Shown in pieces: positions 10,898-24,904 of a DNA stretch of 64,000 bases (its first letter is position 1; each line of letters begins with the position of its first letter). The stretch lies in NCBI GenBank assembly GCA_963924565.1, contig OZ004607.1:6448001-6512000 (forward strand), in the 5' to 3' direction. Source of the DNA: Ascidiella aspersa. Taxonomy: Eukaryota. The position numbers and the translations under genes were made by a program. The notes beneath the pieces are model-generated. The model was not told where the DNA came from, did no database searches, and saw nothing but the letters and a program-made list of their open reading frames with translations.

Positions 10898-13474
10898 CCT
10901 CCGTCTACGATGAGTGGCGTAATGAACTCCGAGTGCCTGATGCCCATCGAAAACGAGCGACCCCTGTACAGCGACTTATACACACTTTCGGGGCTGTGCG
11001 CGCCCGGCCCTGGTTTCTTTGTACTGTCGCCGGGCATATAGCACCTCCCGGCCAACGAATACAGGGGCGCGCTTCGGCGGTACCGGCCCGGTGGAACCAC
11101 CTTGTACCCCGCCGGGCCAGGGGTGCGCGCCAGGTCGTCCGAGAAGCTCTGGCCCCTGGTCCGGCCGCTCAGGGTGTAGCTGGGGCTGGCGCGTTTATTC
11201 GGTACACGGCAGCCGAGCGCTGAAGGCAGCTTGTAGGCGTTGGGGGCCGGATTGGGGTCGACGCGTCTAAGGCGGGTCCTGGCCGACAGGGAGTACCTCG
11301 GGGCCCGACGTTCGTTAGGGGGATGCACCATCTCGTTACGGTAAGTTCCCGGGCCTGGAGTATTGAAGAGGTCTGCGAAAAGGTATAGCGGGCTGGTTAT
11401 CGACTATAGTTGCACGCGTAATATACTGTGTATTCTTCACCAGGTGAAAGGTTTCAATGCAAACAAGTAGACCTAACCCTAACCCTAGAAATATGAATTT
11501 CTTCATTATTATAGACAATTATCTTATTATTATTATAGCCTCGATAACTTCGTCATTTAATATAGATAGCTTAACACGTCTCATTTATTAAATAAATAAT
11601 ATTCCAAACTAAAGTATAAAATACATATTTTTACAGCCGTTTTAACTGTTTCTTTCGGTCGGGCTCATTAACAACCTTTAAAGACATGCAACAATCAGGC
11701 TTATAATACAAACTTGCCAGCAATGCAAGTATAGACAGTTATACCAAACAACGTTAGCGCTCGTTTTTTCGACAGGTACGTCATTATCTTTTAGAGGTCA
11801 ACTGGTACGTTATAAGGTAAAACGGGAAACACTGGAATAAGGTATAATCAAATACCAGTAGGCCTACCCGAGCGGCCAGCGCCGTCTTCTGGTGCCAAAG
11901 TAAAGTTTGAAGACCATTTCCTATAAGTTTAAGGATAAAAGTAGGAATTCGATTACAACTAGAGGGCTGTTCAAAATTGTTTAGTCTGATTCAATATATT
12001 TGATAGGTTATTTGGTGGCGGTTTTAGTGTCGAGCCTCGACAAGGGTGTAGTTAGAAATACGTCATTTGGGTGTGGCAAGTTTTTATTGAAAAATTAGAG
12101 CGGAATTCGTTACATCAGAAAATAGTCTTGTTAGTCAATGGTCGGCTTAAATTTAAAGTTTGCTTAGCTTTTTTAATGTGAATTCAAACAGATGTTTTTC
12201 GAAAAAAACTAAAAGCAAGTATTCCATACAGTGATTTGTTTAACGAAATTCCTAAAAATTAATGCAATTTTTGAAACAACACATATTTTTTTTTGACGGA
12301 TTGGGTTTGAGTTTGTATGGTATTAAATTGAATAACCTTAGTTTTCCAATTTTGTTATGATTTATGTCCATATCCACAAATGTTGCCTAACTATTCTATG
12401 AACAAAGGCCTGTAGAACGGTGCTTCGCAACCGGTTTCCCGCGAGATTATGCCAGGTGTACCGCGACGTTTCAGGAGGTGGTTTATTTCGTTTTTAAGCT
12501 ATTTTCAATTTTTTCAGCAAAACTAACAAAAAATTATACATCAAGATAGGTATTTTTATCTTATGCAATAATCCAAGTGTAACTTAATGAACTTATTTAA
12601 AACCTATCTTACGTTAATATAAAGCAATTTTTAAACTTTATACCAAAGTGGAAAGGGCGATTATCCATACGCTCAAAACCCATGAAATATTACTTATTGT
12701 AAATGTACTATTAACATTTTGTGATTGTTTAAATTAATCTTGGCTGCTGTCCTGAAAAAACAATTAGGCAAAAAAGTTCAAAGCACAATGTCAGGTTACA
12801 TTTTCCTAGTGTGCTAATAAGCCCTTAATGTTCTCTGATCCAGCATTTCAAGGAAGTAAATTTTTTGGGGATTTGGTACGCTTAAGATATTTTGAGAAAA
12901 CCGTAAAACCTCAAAATCAGAAAATAAAGGAATTTAAAACGTCAAATTGTTGGCGCCTTCGACGCGTTTAATCATAAATCGCTTATTTTGTTCTTGGCTG
13001 CCGAGGACATTTAGGCCTACTTATGTTTTCAATTGTCGATCGAAATATATTTCGCAGGTGTGCCGCCGAATTGTTTTAGCTCTGTTGGTTTGCCGCAAGT
13101 GAATACAAGTTACAGAAAACTTCTGTAGAACATCAGTTAACTCTCTGCTCGGCTTAAAACGAAATATTTTAATCCGGCTTGGAGCCATCGAAGTTGAACA
13201 CGCTTAAATATAGCAACCCTCCATTTCTAGCAGTTTAGCAAAAATCCATACTTAAATATTCTCAATGCTAGTCTATGGGTTTTTACAGTACAACATTAGG
13301 AATTATGATATTACAAGATTAACTATAATAACTAAGAGAAAATTAAGTAGCAGAAATTACTTGCTTTAGTTTATATAGATTAAATAGTGCAATTTAAATG
13401 TCCGTTAAATGTTTTAAAATGCATATTTTTTTGATTTAAAGACAAACTTACCTCGCCGGTTTGAAGTTGCTCAT
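10888..13474 (-). CDS. Short ODF3/SHIPPO-repeat paralogue, predicted 186 aa. Exons 13452-13474, 11868-11920, 10888-11372
   Basis: The last exon encodes PGPG-type SHIPPO repeats (TPGPGTY, TPGPAGY, KPGPGAH...GIRHSEF) and has a ttttcgcag acceptor. ATG..AG|gtaagt (phase 2) and ttatag|..G|gtaggc (phase 1) give MSNFKPARKWSSNFTLAPEDGAGRSDLFNTPGPG in frame. The last exon is high confidence; the two small exons are less certain. Confidence 0.7.
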
Positions 13475-14744
13475 TCCGCGTTTTAATTAATTATTTATCG
13501 CTTAAATTTGACCATTGCAATTTCCGAATATTGTGTGACCGTGAAAAACACATTTTTCATAAGGCAATTTCATAAAACTCTTGAGTGAAGAAAATTGTTT
13601 TACGTTTACAGTATTAATTTTAAATTATAATTTACGTTTGCCAAAGCGTTGTTAGATTCGCTAAGTTATTTTACACTAAAAAATAAATTTGCGTAATAAA
13701 AATTAAACTGGCCCAATAAAAAGTTCTCTTCTGTATCAAATTCAATTTAAGGTTAAAATTTTTGGCGCTATTTAAGAACTGAATTGGATTTCTATGCAAA
13801 TATAAACCATCTCTAAATTCGTCCGATGGTGGATTGTTTTTCACCAATTTGTGTGCCATGTTTTTGTTCAGATTTGGTTAAATACAAATATAATTAACAC
13901 TATGCTGACAATAAGTTTGTGTTAAGTAGGCAACACCGGGCTAAATGGTGTCCTAATTGAATGTAAATTACAGTTCAATTATCGACAGTAGAAATGTTAT
14001 CAGGCAACAAACTTCTTTGGTTTGTGTCCTGTTTTCTCACCGCCGCTAAAAGCTACACACAATGACCACGATTTAATGAAGTTAAACTAATAAATGAGGA
14101 CGATTGCTCTATTGTCTATAAGCAACAGATAAATGGTCGTTGTGGTTTCTTTAGTTGTCATGACGGAAACGAACAGGCTACAATCTCTTGTTCTAAGTAT
14201 CAGTACATAATCAATCGAAACTACGACAACATGCAATTTAGAAGGGCGCAACAAATCAACGGTTGCTTGGTAAGTCATGTATATAGGAAAACAGCAGATA
14301 TATTAGACATGAGTGTTACGTATAGATAAATATCAGAAATGGCTTTGGACGGATCACTAAAAGGTAATCTCAGGAGAATAAATGAAAAATATTTTATGTA
14401 AATGGTTACAAACTGGGCGGTTTTTCAATCACAGGCGACGGTAAAGTGCTTCAGAGTGTAAGAATCGAAACTATTTACACGGTTATAGGAAGTAGAATTG
14501 GTTTTTGAGAATGCGCGAAAAGGGGGCAAAATGACGCGACGTGAAGGATGACGTGTTTTCGGGGTGCGGGTGAAATGAAACAACAAAGCAGGAACTACAG
14601 GAAGCCTTAGGGACGGAAAAGAGAGCGCTGACAAAGCGACAAAACAAAATTCAGTTTCAATTTCAATCGGTTTGTTTTAGGGGGGAGGGGATACAATGTG
14701 AGTGCATGGGTCCATTCAGGTGACGCAACTAGCCGGTGACGTAA

Positions 14745-17700
14745 CTAGTCGGTGACGTCAATGATCAGCGGCGTGATGAACTCCGAGTGCCGGATGCCCA
14801 TCGAGTGAACGGGAGCCTTCTTCTTATTGATGTACACGCTTTCCGGCGAGTGCGCGCCCGGGCCAGGCTTACGTGTGTTATCCCCTGGCATCACGTTGCG
14901 GCCGAGCATGGAGTAGAGCGGCTGCCGGTTACGGTAGATGTTCGGCGTCGTGGTGTTGTACTTGGCCGGGCCGGGCGTGCGCGCCAGGTCCTCGTCAAAG
15001 CCGTTGATCGTAGAGCGGCCGGTCATTGAGTAGGCCGGAAGCGCTCTTTTGTTGATGATCCTCGGACCACACAGCTGAGGCAGCGTGTACGCGTTTGCCG
15101 CCGGGTTTGAGTCGCGCTTGCGGAAGCGAGTACGCGCCGCCATCGAGTACCTGGGTGCGTGCCGCTCGCCCTGGGGGTGAACGCGGTGGTTGTCGTACGT
15201 GCCAGGGCCCGGAGGCCGGAAAAGATCTGCGGGGACGCGAGAGGTTGGGTATTTTTTAGGGCTGTCGTTGGTGAAGTGCTGCTGGTTTTATTTTACCTTG
15301 TATTTTGTCCTTGAGTGTATTGTAAAACGCCCTAAAACGCTTAACATTCCTAAAAAAAAGTCATTTTTGTTGAATATTGAATAGGCCAGAAAACTCGGGA
15401 GTTGGTTGGGCGGTTTTGGAACTGTCGTTTTTGCTGCTGGTGCTACTGGTTTATTTTACCATGTATTTCCTACTTAAGCGAATTGTAAAACGCTTGACAA
15501 TGCCACAAGATTTGATGCACTAGCATTTTAGTTGAATATTACAGGGGCCTGACACCCCGGGACTGTTTTAGGACTGTTTTTGCTGCTAGTGCTGCTGGTT
15601 TACTTTACCATGTATTTCGTATACTTGAGTGTATTGTAAAATGCCCTTAAACGATTAACAAAGCCACAAGATTTAAGGGGTGAGCGAGCAGTTTTGTTGT
15701 ATATTGAAGGGTTCAGAGAGCTCGGAGGTTGGTTGGGAAACTTTAAAATGATGTGCTACTCCTGTAGATCGGATTTGTCTATTCACAATTTATATATATT
15801 TTTAATTAAAAGACAACAGTGATGTTATATAAGGAGTTCGAAATGAAGAGATTCTCGACGACTAGAGAGAAACATTTTCCAAGTACTAGTTCTAACTGGG
15901 GTAGGCTAGAATAGGCTTGTAGGCAAGAAGAATTGGTGAAAATAAAGAGACTTTAAATTAAACGGCACAAGCAAAGAAGGCATAACAAGTAAAATTCAAC
16001 GCGGTTGAAGTTAAAAACACAACTAATTTATTTATTTCTTATATTCGCTTAATATGCAATAATATGCACTTGAGGGTTGCTTTTTAGGGTTGCTGTTGCC
16101 ATTTTGTTTTCAGACGTCCGAGTGTCCGTGTGACGTATATAGGGGAAAGCACGTCACGGGTGTGACGTAGCATTTATTTTCATGGTGTCACGTAACAATG
16201 GATGCACGCGACGTGGTCAACAAAACAAGGAAAGGTACCGCGTTCAAAAAGGCGAAAGTCGGAACCAGAAGAATGGAATACGAGAATTGGCGAGAAATGG
16301 CAGTTAGCTGTTAAGTACTAACGAACTATAATCCAGTTACTGCTACGAATCTAGAGTAGCTACGAATACTTTAATTTTTATAAGCCTACTGCCCAATGTA
16401 GACTAGAAGCGCGCACACTACTTTGCCTAAAGGCAATTAAAGAATTGGCTTTAAAATGGAAACCGATATTAGCGGGGTCTGGCATGGAAATCATTTGCAT
16501 GAACAGAGTTTTTGAACCTCAATATAGAAACTTAGTGTATTAGGAAGCAAAATGTCAGCCAAAATCGGCCTGTCAAATCACGACTATGTTGTAGATTTCC
16601 TTCTCTGTCCATGCAAATTCAATCGAAAAGTCTATTGGGTTACTCCGTTCTTGTTAAACTACATCGTTTACTACGTTAAATTTACATGCAGCTTTAATCT
16701 AACAGCGACTTACTTGGCTCCGGCTGTCTTGCCAGCATAGAATACTTAGGCTCGCCTTCCGGCCCACATCGTGTGAATCTAGGGTCGACGCGGTATTTCG
16801 GGCCAGGGCTGATGTCCTTGGAGAACACTGTGCACAAAAACACAGTTGTCTATTGTTTGTCTATTCGACTAAGCTATGGCCGCCTCGGCGCGAACGAAAT
16901 TGCGGTTAGGAGGCACGACGTGAAAACATGGAGGCCTGGTGTGTCTTGTTGTGAAAAGGCTGTTGAGTAATACACACTGAACAAGTTGCCTTTGAGAAAC
17001 AGAGCGATAAGACAACAAATAAAACCGGCTTGTCTTTATTTCGGTAACTCGCATTTGTTATCCGTAAAACTAGGCCCTTGAAATAGGCTTTTAAATCATG
17101 AAATAGAACCAAACCCGAACCTGAACTTTATGAAGCGGTTTTGGAATACTTTTACCCAAACCTTAACCGAACCTGAATCGTTGTTGACAAAATATGTTAA
17201 ATCTAACGAAACAGATTTTTTGAATGTAACGCCAACCTTAACCGAACCCGAAAAAAAAGATTCACTACAGTATGTAATTTGATGGGTCTGTAATGACGTG
17301 TTTGAATATTGCGTAGTTTTATCATGATTTCGGTTTAAAGGGGGTAAATACTAGGCGATAAAGATGCCAATAAAAGATAAACTTTTCGTTTACGCTATAT
17401 AAACTGTATATCCAACGATACCTGAGGTAACTGACAAAAAATCGTGATGAAGGCAACAAACATGACGGGATATAGATATGGCGGTATCTTTGCTGTCTTA
17501 AAAGTGGCGCATTTCGAATGATAAGTGGCATTTTTAATGTTTAGAAATGCCTTAAGTTACGGAAAAAGAATCTCAAGTAATTGTATGAACGGAAAGAGTT
17601 TCAGTGGGTATAGTTTACTGAAAGACATTTACATTAAACTCGAACCTTAACGTTATAAACCGGTTTTAAATATAACTTTGGTTAAAACAGTTTTTTTTTT

Positions 17701-19115
17701 ATTTCTTCGAACCGTACCCGGAACTAAACAGAATTCTAACAAAACCTTGAACCCGAACAGAACATAAACCGGAAAAAACTAACGGTTCGACTTACTTTAA
17801 AACTACTTTAAAAACTCTTATTCAACCCACACGTGATACTACAAACTGCAACAAATAAAATGCTTAACTTAATACTTCCGACGATGAAAACAGCCTGTAG
17901 GTAAAACGGTGTGCATATAATTTAACAACCAATTTTGCAAAGTTTTGAAAACGGTTTTTAAAGCTTTGGGTACAGGAGATACACAAAACGATTCAATGTC
18001 ACCTACTTGAGTTATCCAGACGCCCTCCCATTGAGTATGCTGGCTTCATGTTCTTGGTAAAGTCATGGGACTTGAAACCCACGGTGCTGGGGAGGGCATA
18101 CCTGCCTGGACCGGGTCCTGTATAACATTGCATCCAAATAAAGAACTTATAAGTCAAATCCTTTGTTTAAATGAGTTAATTCCAAACTAGGTTGTTGGTC
18201 CAATAAGTTCTAGTCATTTATAACAAATATCAAGTAAATCCAAGTTAACCTACCGGTACCTAAATCCAGTCAAGTGTACGGTATTGCCAAAACAAGTCAT
18301 ATCCAAGTCAGACCACTAAAACTTTACCCCCTGCATAGTCGCAAGCAACTACAGTTGTGTGCATAAAACCACTTAAAACGATAAAATAAATAAGCCGAAA
18401 GCGGAAGATTTGTTACCAAAAAACGTTTCGCCAATGGTGGTATTAAATCCGAGTTAAAGGTTTTCGTTTGATACCGTATCGCAAAAGAGTCTCAAAAATG
18501 ACTTTAGGAGATTTGCAATACAAAGGATCGTTTCGGGTTAACTTCAAGCAGCGTGTAGGCTAGGCCTGCTTTCGTATATCAAATATGAAAAACGCTAGTT
18601 TAATTACATGTCACTTTAGAAATTTCAATTGGTATTGAACAAAGAATAATTGGCAAAGACGGCAGAGGTTGAACATTCTAAATTCGCAAATCTCTAAACA
18701 CAATCTTAAATTCACGAAACGCAATAAAACATCTGGAACTGTAGCCTACATGTAACGATCGGGCGTGTTGTTAAGGTGAAAGCTGACAAAGACAATGTTT
18801 GCACAGCTAATACTGCTACACTTTTCAGTTATCGTGGTGTAAGGTACACAAAAACAGCAATAAGCCTACCAAACGGATATGAGCAGGACAAATTATGGAA
18901 ACAGTTTCTTTAAGGCCTATTCGCTTTGCCTAAATTATCCACAAGGACCAGATAATCGCAACAAACGGTGTACACAGAAAATCTCTCGAGGGCTCTTCAA
19001 AGCATCGCCCTATATTCGCAACTGTTAGCTGTAAAACTTTAACTTTAACAGCCAAAGTACGGTTACCTCTTTCTCTGGCCGCTATCATAACTGTCTTTCT
19101 TTCGGTGTCGTCCAT
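14745..19115 (-). CDS. ODF3: Outer dense fiber protein 3-like (SHIPPO-repeat, CIMAP1 family), 251 aa. Exons 19067-19115, 18007-18117, 16714-16827, 14745-15226
   Basis: Three canonical phase-1 introns give MDDTERKTVMIAARERGPGPGRYALPSTVGFKSHDFTK...SPGPKY...PPGPGTY...TPGPAKY...KPGPGAH...GIRHSEFITPLIIDVTD*. The repeated PGP-x-Y and P-x-YSM motifs and the length are typical of the family. Confidence 0.92.
15230..15740. repeat. ~160-bp degenerate tandem repeat, about 3 copies, abutting the acceptor of the ODF3 last exon
   Basis: gtgctgctggttt(a)ttttacc(t/a)tgtattt...ttgtaaaa(c/t)gc...gttgaatatt at ~15275, ~15440 and ~15590. Confidence 0.8.
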
Positions 19116-19282
19116 CTTGGCAGGATAAAATCACAAAACGTTGACAGATTGGCGTCTGGACAGTTAACTAGAAGAGGCAACTGAACTTGCAGCGCACTAC
19201 AGTTAAAGATTAAACAGCTGATACGATCGCCAGCGCTTCGCTTACAGTCGAGAAGGCTTTTGGCGGGTACGCGCCTGACGAG

Positions 19283-19312
19283 GTTGCCATAGACGCCGCG
19301 TTGCCACGCGAC
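19283..19312. promoter_or_regulatory. Two imperfect RFX X-box-like motifs upstream of ODF3
   Basis: GTTGCCATAGACG and GTTGCCACGCGAC lie ~170-200 bp upstream of the ATG in a GC-rich patch. RFX control of ciliary genes is established, but the match to consensus is partial. Confidence 0.45.
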
Positions 19313-19912
19313 GGAGGGCGAGAGAACGCCGCGAGAAAAAAGGGAGAGTGAATAAACGAGAGAGGCGCTGGTTACAAGCTTCGCGTTGTTGCTGGCATGT
19401 GGTAAAAGCACTTGATTTTAGCCCAGTTTACGCGAACATTAGAGCCAGCCAGAATCCCTTTTAATAAAAAAATAAAGTATGTTTTTTAGGAATATCAATG
19501 GCCATACTGAAGTAGGTAGCATTTTGAACGTTTCGAATAGCTCTTGATTCATTTTCAACATCTTAAAATGCTACGTACTTGGGCTTTGATATTCTTATTA
19601 CGTCTTACTACAACCTCCAGCTATTATGCTCGAAAAAATATTATATATTAATAATAGCGTGTTGGATTTACATCACCGTCCCAAAGTCAGTTTAACCCTT
19701 ATTTGGCGAGGTTTGTACATGTTAACGCACAAATAAGTGGGAAAACGTTTATGTAAAAAATTGGAGCCGGCTGATCTGAAGTGGCCTCGTAAACAGTCCT
19801 ATAATAACGAGTGCCTGGCTCGCGTCGAAGAGGCCTCTGGGCAAACAATAGGCTTCTTTGCTTGGGTTGGCCGAGCACACAAGTCACACGCGCACGGGGT
19901 ACGCACACACAC

Positions 19913-20301
19913 CATAGGCGTAGCCAGGGATAGGCACAGGGACCATGACACCCCTCAAACTTATAAATATTTTACCCTTAATAATTTGTTTTGTAGCATT
20001 TATGAGAAGTAACACAACAGTCGATTACAGACACACCACACCTTCAATTGTCATGGACTGTTACGGTACTTCAAAAACAATGTAGTTACAGTAATGTAGT
20101 AATGTTTTACTACTCTTAGTCAGTCTTTGCTATTTGAATATGATTTGAGTATTGCGTTAACACTCAGTCAGTTGCTGCTCGAAACGGTTTGTTGGCATAT
20201 TTATATGTGTTCGTTAGGGCAGTTAATACAATGGCAAAAGCTAAACAAAAAAGTTCAAACTTTTTGACCACCCCTAAAACTTTCGGTAGGCTACGCCACT
20301 G
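19913..20301. mobile_element. MITE with 8-bp TSD inserted in a (CA)n tract
   Basis: CATAGGCGTAGCC...GGCTACGCCACTG imperfect TIRs; ACACACAC at 19905-19912 and 20302-20309. Confidence 0.75.
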
Positions 20302-22455
20302 ACACACACACGCACGCGCGTGATTCCCGCTTCGCGCTGAGACGCGATTTAGGCTGGGCTACTCAATTATGGAAAAACAAAAGCGCTCGCGACGGGGCCC
20401 TTTGCTGTGTGTGTTTAGCCGAGATGCGCGACTATCAGAACAAAATGTTCAAAAGGAGGATGTCTTGGCGGTAATTTAACGCCCGCGTTCCACCGGGGTT
20501 GGTCTATTTTCCAAGCTGCCTCGGCCCTTTCCTACACAGATAATATTTCCGCCGGCCAATGGCCAAGAATGTTTACCCCAGCCCGGGGACATGTCGCCGC
20601 CGTGTTTACCAAACTACCGCTGCTCGCCCACAAAGCACGGCGACACAATAGCCGGGAAATAAGGCTTCTTTTTTTACCGCGCGATATTAACTCACGATGA
20701 AAAACCTTGGAACATATTCGGTTATTCAACCTGGTGTTTGGAAACGCATGTGTCGGATAATAAGCCGTGCAATATAACTGCTAATGCTTTTTTTATTTTT
20801 GTTCACTGCAATTAGGATAATGAAAACATCGCATGCCGCGAGAAACAATCTTTATTTATGAAGTTAAAATATTATTTCTTATTATAGTCCTGGTCCAGAA
20901 TTTATTGCGTCTTTCACCTGCAAAGTGAAATGTGCAAGCTCAAACAGTTTTCAAGTTTTAAATATTTCTACTTTGGCCTGATGAAGCACGGTTGTGCGAA
21001 AGCTTGTCGAGAATTCAATACAATTTGTCTTTACATAGTGCCACTTGATTACCCAAATTTTTAAATACGTTCCTTATTTGTTTAAGTTTATTTTAAGCAA
21101 ACGGTGCCCCTTGACGCCAAACAAAGGGACATGTATGTGTTCTAACACTTGTGACGTTTGTATAGGTCCTGGCAGTAGTAGAAAGAAGCCTTTGAGTAGC
21201 GTGAAGAAGGGGCTATTGTCCTGAATACTTTCTGTAACTGTTTGTTAACTATTGGGTACTGTTTTAAGAAAACGCTAACGTGGTATCTGTGTATAAAATC
21301 TCGTCCAAATATGGATTTGCTATACTATAGGATTGTTGCGACAAATTCGGTCTACTCAATACTTTGACCCGATGAAGCACACTGATAACCATACTTTGAA
21401 TTTAAAGTTTCGTCAATTCAAATGGTCCTATTTCTCCATTTATTTAAAAGAAACCATTAGGTCGACGACGCCACCAGTTATATTTACTCGTTTTCGATGT
21501 GTTTGTACCAGGAGTTCTTAAACTGAGGTCCATAGATCCGTTGGGGCTCTGTGAACTACTTTTAAGGGGCCCACAAATGGAAATATTGGTATGTATTTAG
21601 GAAGTAGTAAATTTTTCAACGAAAAGAGTTTAATTAAGAATTAAACATTTTAGCTGAATGTTTAGACTTCATTTCACTTTCACATTTTTTGACCGAAATC
21701 ATGGGATATCTAAAGTATAGTTACTTTAAACCTGTGCGTTGCTATCTAGGGCTTGTCCTGAACGCCGAAGAAACATAGTTTTAACCCGGCTTGGAGCCAT
21801 CGAAAACAAAACCAATAAAGTAAATTCGTCTATACTTGCGTTATAAATACACACATCATTTTATAGAAGATAAACATTAAAAAATTGCCGTTTCAATACG
21901 TACATTTATTTCTATCCTCTTGTCACGTATAACATATTGCGACTATGAAGCGGTGTTTGATACGTTCACCCAGCGTTCACAGAAAAATTCCGTTTTAGTA
22001 ACCTAACTTCCGACTCTCTTTTAAAGTGCAACCGAACAGAGCGAAATGTACAGGCAGGTGACAAATTTCAAAAAACCGCTGATACAGCAGAATTTTCGTG
22101 GAAAACTACCCGATGTTTACGGAACAACAAAATACGGCGAAATTTTGTTAATCAACTCATTTGCCACTGCCTTAACAGAAATGGATCAAAACGGAAATTG
22201 CTGATTGGATAGGTGCATTTACCCGTTAAACTTGAGGGAATGTTATTGTTTAATTGCGTGCACTTCCAAAAGTGCAAAGACTACAAGAAAAAGACAGGTT
22301 TCCGCAGTACACTTCCCTTGCTTATATTGCAAGCAACTATAGCGTCACAATTTCCTAACCGCAAGTGTTAAGCTGATACTCATTGACCTTTTGGGGAGAC
22401 AATCTACATTATTTATTTCAACATTTGAATATAAGTATCAATAAAAGACATAACA

Positions 22456-22774
22456 CAGTGGTTCTCATCCGGGGTTCCGCTGCACCCTGGGCTGCCATTT
22501 CTAATGCCCAAGGGTGCCGAGAGATATTCAGGAATCTTTAAGAATATGATTTTTTGCTGAACTTTTTGTGTAAGGTTAGAGTGAAATAAATCCAATTAAA
22601 ACTTCCTTCGTTGTGCAAAGTCGATGGGTGTCGTTTTAGTTCCGTTTATTGTCACATTCTATAGTGATTTACCTACGAGAAAATCTTGTAGGGGTGCCGC
22701 AATGTATTTATTATATCTGAGGGGTGTATTTATTAGTATTATTTTCTGAAGACATAAAAGGTTGAGAACCACTG
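22456..22774. mobile_element. hAT-like MITE immediately left of the array boundary
   Basis: CAGTGGTTCTCA...TGAGAACCACTG TIRs; TSD ACATAACA/ACTTAACA (7 of 8 match). Confidence 0.85.
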
Positions 22775-24842
22775 ACTTAACATATTAGAAAAACAGTGGG
22801 TAACGCCAAATGTTTTGATAGAGTTTATAAAACTTTTTTTGCTGTGTATATAACATTAAATATATAGTTCACGACCATTTTATAAACGTTTGAAAAATAT
22901 AAAAAAACTACGTTATAGGTAAAAACACCACAGTTATATTGCCGATAGTAAAATTGTTCAAGTTAAGACAGTCATCAAGGTATTTATAGTTACCTACCCA
23001 AGTGCTCCTTGTCGAGCGACGGGAACCTACATCAAGGTATTCTGAGTGTATGCATTATTCTGGGACAGGTGAAAACTTTTGCAAATCTTCACAAGTCAAA
23101 ATTTTCTATTTATCTCAAAATAAACCTGTTTTTCAATCAAAAGGGTGTCACAGCTATGTCCTACATTAATAGTTTCAATTTTATAACATAGCAGACATTT
23201 TCTATACGCAAAAAAAAACACATTGCAAAAAAAACAAGTAAAGTTTAGCCCTATTTGTCCCTAATTGCCCCTTGCACGCATTGTTAATTTATCTTGCTTG
23301 GGGCCTCGACAAACAATTTAGGAAAAAGGTACAGAATACAATATATAGGGGTAATAACCGCATGCTTCTGGTTTTGAGCAAGGACTGCCGAGTCCAGTAA
23401 AAATAACCCGAGTCCGACTCCGTCAAAAAAAAATGAACCCGAGTCCAGCTCTCGAGTCCCGATTCCGAATCTGGCCAAATGTGCGTTTTGATTGGTGCCG
23501 AGCCCGTCTCTGACTCAGCTCAAAAAAGTTCAAAAATTATACTGAGCACTGATATACACCGGCTGAAAATGGTTAACGATATTCCAGCATCATGCTTCAA
23601 AATGTTTAATCTTAATAACATTTCCTTATCTATTGGCATGATAGGAATTAAAATTTAAAGGAGTTGGTCTTGTTCAATTACAACCAACCTTGTTTGATAC
23701 ATTCATGACCGATTGTACTTTCAAAGAAGCTTTCAACGTTTTCAAAGAACAGAATATAAAGGATGTGACTCAAAGGATATTCTCCAATTACGCTGAACTG
23801 TGCAGATATTTTCTGTTTTTACTTCCTTTATCAATTTCGCAAAAAATAACAAGAAAGTTTAGGTGACAGTTTCCTTCTTATGAACACGTGTCAAAGGGGT
23901 TTAAAATGTGATCTGAGTTTTGTATCCACGTGCAAGGGTATGTCGCCCAAACTATAGTTTTCTACCTATATTATTTAAAAAAGCCCAAACACTTTTTTAG
24001 CTTTGCGCGAATCTTATATGGTTTTGTGTTTAGTATTATACTACCTTTTAATTATTTCGAGGACATTTTTTTAGTACAGCTGCAATTGGGAATGAACCAA
24101 CATTGATCGTGTACCCAATGCCTTGCGTCTTGTTGTAACACAAACGTTTTGTCTATTTCAACCAGCATAATGAGCATATGATTGCAATCTTTAGCAGCGC
24201 TTCACGTTAGCGCTTTATCCCTTTTTAAATATATATATTCGACCAATTATAGAAGATGCACGCGTTCGACCGAAAATAGGAATTTCTAAGGGTAACTTGT
24301 ATCATGGCCTCACGGTAAGACGTAACGTTGGAGCTCAACGTTGGAATATGGGTGGAAAGATATTCGTACACTAGCTTGGGTTCATGGGGTAATTCATAAT
24401 TTGAAAAAAAAATGTACAGAATATATGCATTATTTTAAGCTTTCCGGGTGAAAGAGTGCTGTGTTCCAAAGGCTAAATAGTGTATGCTCCACAAAAGAGG
24501 CTTAATTTTTAACTATAAGGCTATTATTTTGTTATATTTTGGAATTGATTGTGGGACCTTATCCTAGAAAAGATGATTTATATTGGTTTCTTTTTATATC
24601 GAAATAATTAATCTTAAAATTGTAGAGGCGATTTTTTGTAAAGCAACATTGCAAACCAGAAAGGTGATAATACTTAGTGTTAATTGTAAAACCCGAATAA
24701 TTTAGCCGGGAAAATATTCAACGTTATCTGCCACGTTTAAAAACAAACATCGTTGCGATACGACGAAGAAGTTAGGAACGATCGGTCTGTAAATTTCGAG
24801 GAATTTCGACGTCCTAAAACCACAACCCATCTCGCAAAATGC

Positions 24843-24904
24843 TATATAAGCACGTTGAAGCACTTCCCAAATCACACTTTGCATTCAACAAGCAATACTA
24901 CAAG
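24843..24904 (+). promoter_or_regulatory. TATA box and short non-coding exon 1 of array copy 1 (intron 24905-25581)
   Basis: TATATAAG at 24843; AAG|GTAAGT donor at 24904/24905; acceptor tttttttgcag directly before the ATG. Equivalent TATATAAA at 32376, 41805, 51011 and 60444 (+) and 37372-37379, 46736-46743 and 56007-56014 (-). Confidence 0.8.

Noticed and set aside
12410-13130. Possible old hAT MITE flanked by ctgtagaa; other relics at ~3090-3230, ~3490-3790, ~17100-17790, ~18170-18310 and ~21747-22400
   Set aside because: Termini too degenerate to define without a repeat library
20300-20720. GC-rich patch with a possible ATG...|gtaatt first exon divergent from ODF3
   Set aside because: Weak donor and no linked downstream exon found; may be regulatory, but unsupported
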